Assembly (NCBI GenBank): GCA_045613345.1
Contig: JAZLAT010000005.1
Location: forward strand, 3,588 to 67,587
Length of the DNA stretch: 64,000 nt
Source of the DNA: Candidatus Enterousia sp.
GTDB taxonomy: Bacteria > Pseudomonadota > Alphaproteobacteria > Rs-D84
Direction: 5' to 3'
The notes under the pieces were generated by a model, which was not told where the DNA came from, made no database searches, and worked only from the letters and a program-made list of their open reading frames with translations. Shown here in pieces: positions 63,666 through 64,000 of the stretch (position 1 is the stretch's first letter; each line of letters opens with the position of its first letter). Made by a program: the position numbers and the translations under genes.

Positions 63666-64000
63666 CATGCGCATTGGCATCAAGATGAACAACGCATCGG
63701 TATCCGGATTCGTGGATTTAATAATTGTTGGCGATAATGGGTCTTGCATTTCCATTTGGAATTTTTCGCCTTCGACCTGACCCGCAACATCCATAAGGAA
63801 CTTTACATTAAATGTAACCGCAAAGGACGCATCACCATTGTATTCAATATCCAATTCTTGTGTGGCGGTTCCGGCATCCGGACTTGACGCGTTCACCACC
63901 AATTTATTCATTGAAAAGTTCAACTGTACAGATTTTGTCTTGTCCATACTGGCGACCGAAACCAAATCAACCGCGTTCAAGAATTGCTTGCGATCCATAA
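63663..64000 (-). CDS. dnaN: DNA polymerase III beta sliding clamp, C-terminal part (5' end outside window)
   Basis: Domain-III-like sequence ending ...ALFILMPMRM. The frame stays open to the window edge. Confidence 0.85.
   Translation of the reverse strand, partial: MDRKQFLNAVDLVSVASMDKTKSVQLNFSMNKLVVNASSPDAGTATQELDIEYNGDASFAVTFNVKFLMDVAGQVEGEKFQMEMQDPLSPTIIKSTNPDTDALFILMPMRM

Overview
AT-rich, very gene-dense bacterial chromosome segment, standard genetic code. No rRNA, tRNA, CRISPR array or cas genes were found. About 74 protein genes are supported. Most are Gram-negative housekeeping genes: fabF-acpP, lepA, rbfA, ftsEX, plsC, tolB, fba, efp, and a long co-directional run sufS-sufT-sufE-ftsL-like-ftsI-recJ-nrnA-lolA-tatB-tatC. 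Also present: trxA, dksA, tatA, thrS, gltX, trmB, a ybeY-lnt fusion, rarA, dnaA, dprA, plsY, rpsT, sufBC, an AI-2E transporter, and the 3' end of dnaN. DksA, TolB, LolA, Lnt, an RHH_4-type protein and an FtsL-like protein suggest a small-genome, probably host-associated proteobacterium, possibly alphaproteobacterial (inference only). Many secreted, outer-membrane or surface proteins of unknown function sit between the core genes. Items worth a second look: (1) an intergenic repeat family built from GTTAGTG heptamers / 13-mers; three copies are ~105-bp inverted-repeat elements with a shared core, and several abut or contain the stop codons of rbfA, tatC, dnaA and dnaN. (2) A 2.3-kb islet between lepA and acpP, bracketed by a duplicated acpP leader, holding a catalytically degenerate integrase-like gene and three tandem Cys-rich paralogs. 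(3) A coupled four-gene cluster: membrane protein, His-less HNH-like protein, SUKH/SMI1-like protein, RHH_4 protein. (4) An orphan TcpQ/PilL-like plus PilN-like lipoprotein secretin pair. (5) An RHH plus 284-aa two-gene module with upstream operator-like repeats. (6) A surface-protein family with tail-fibre-like motifs and a shared C-terminal domain. All functional calls rest on motif recognition by eye; no database search was possible.
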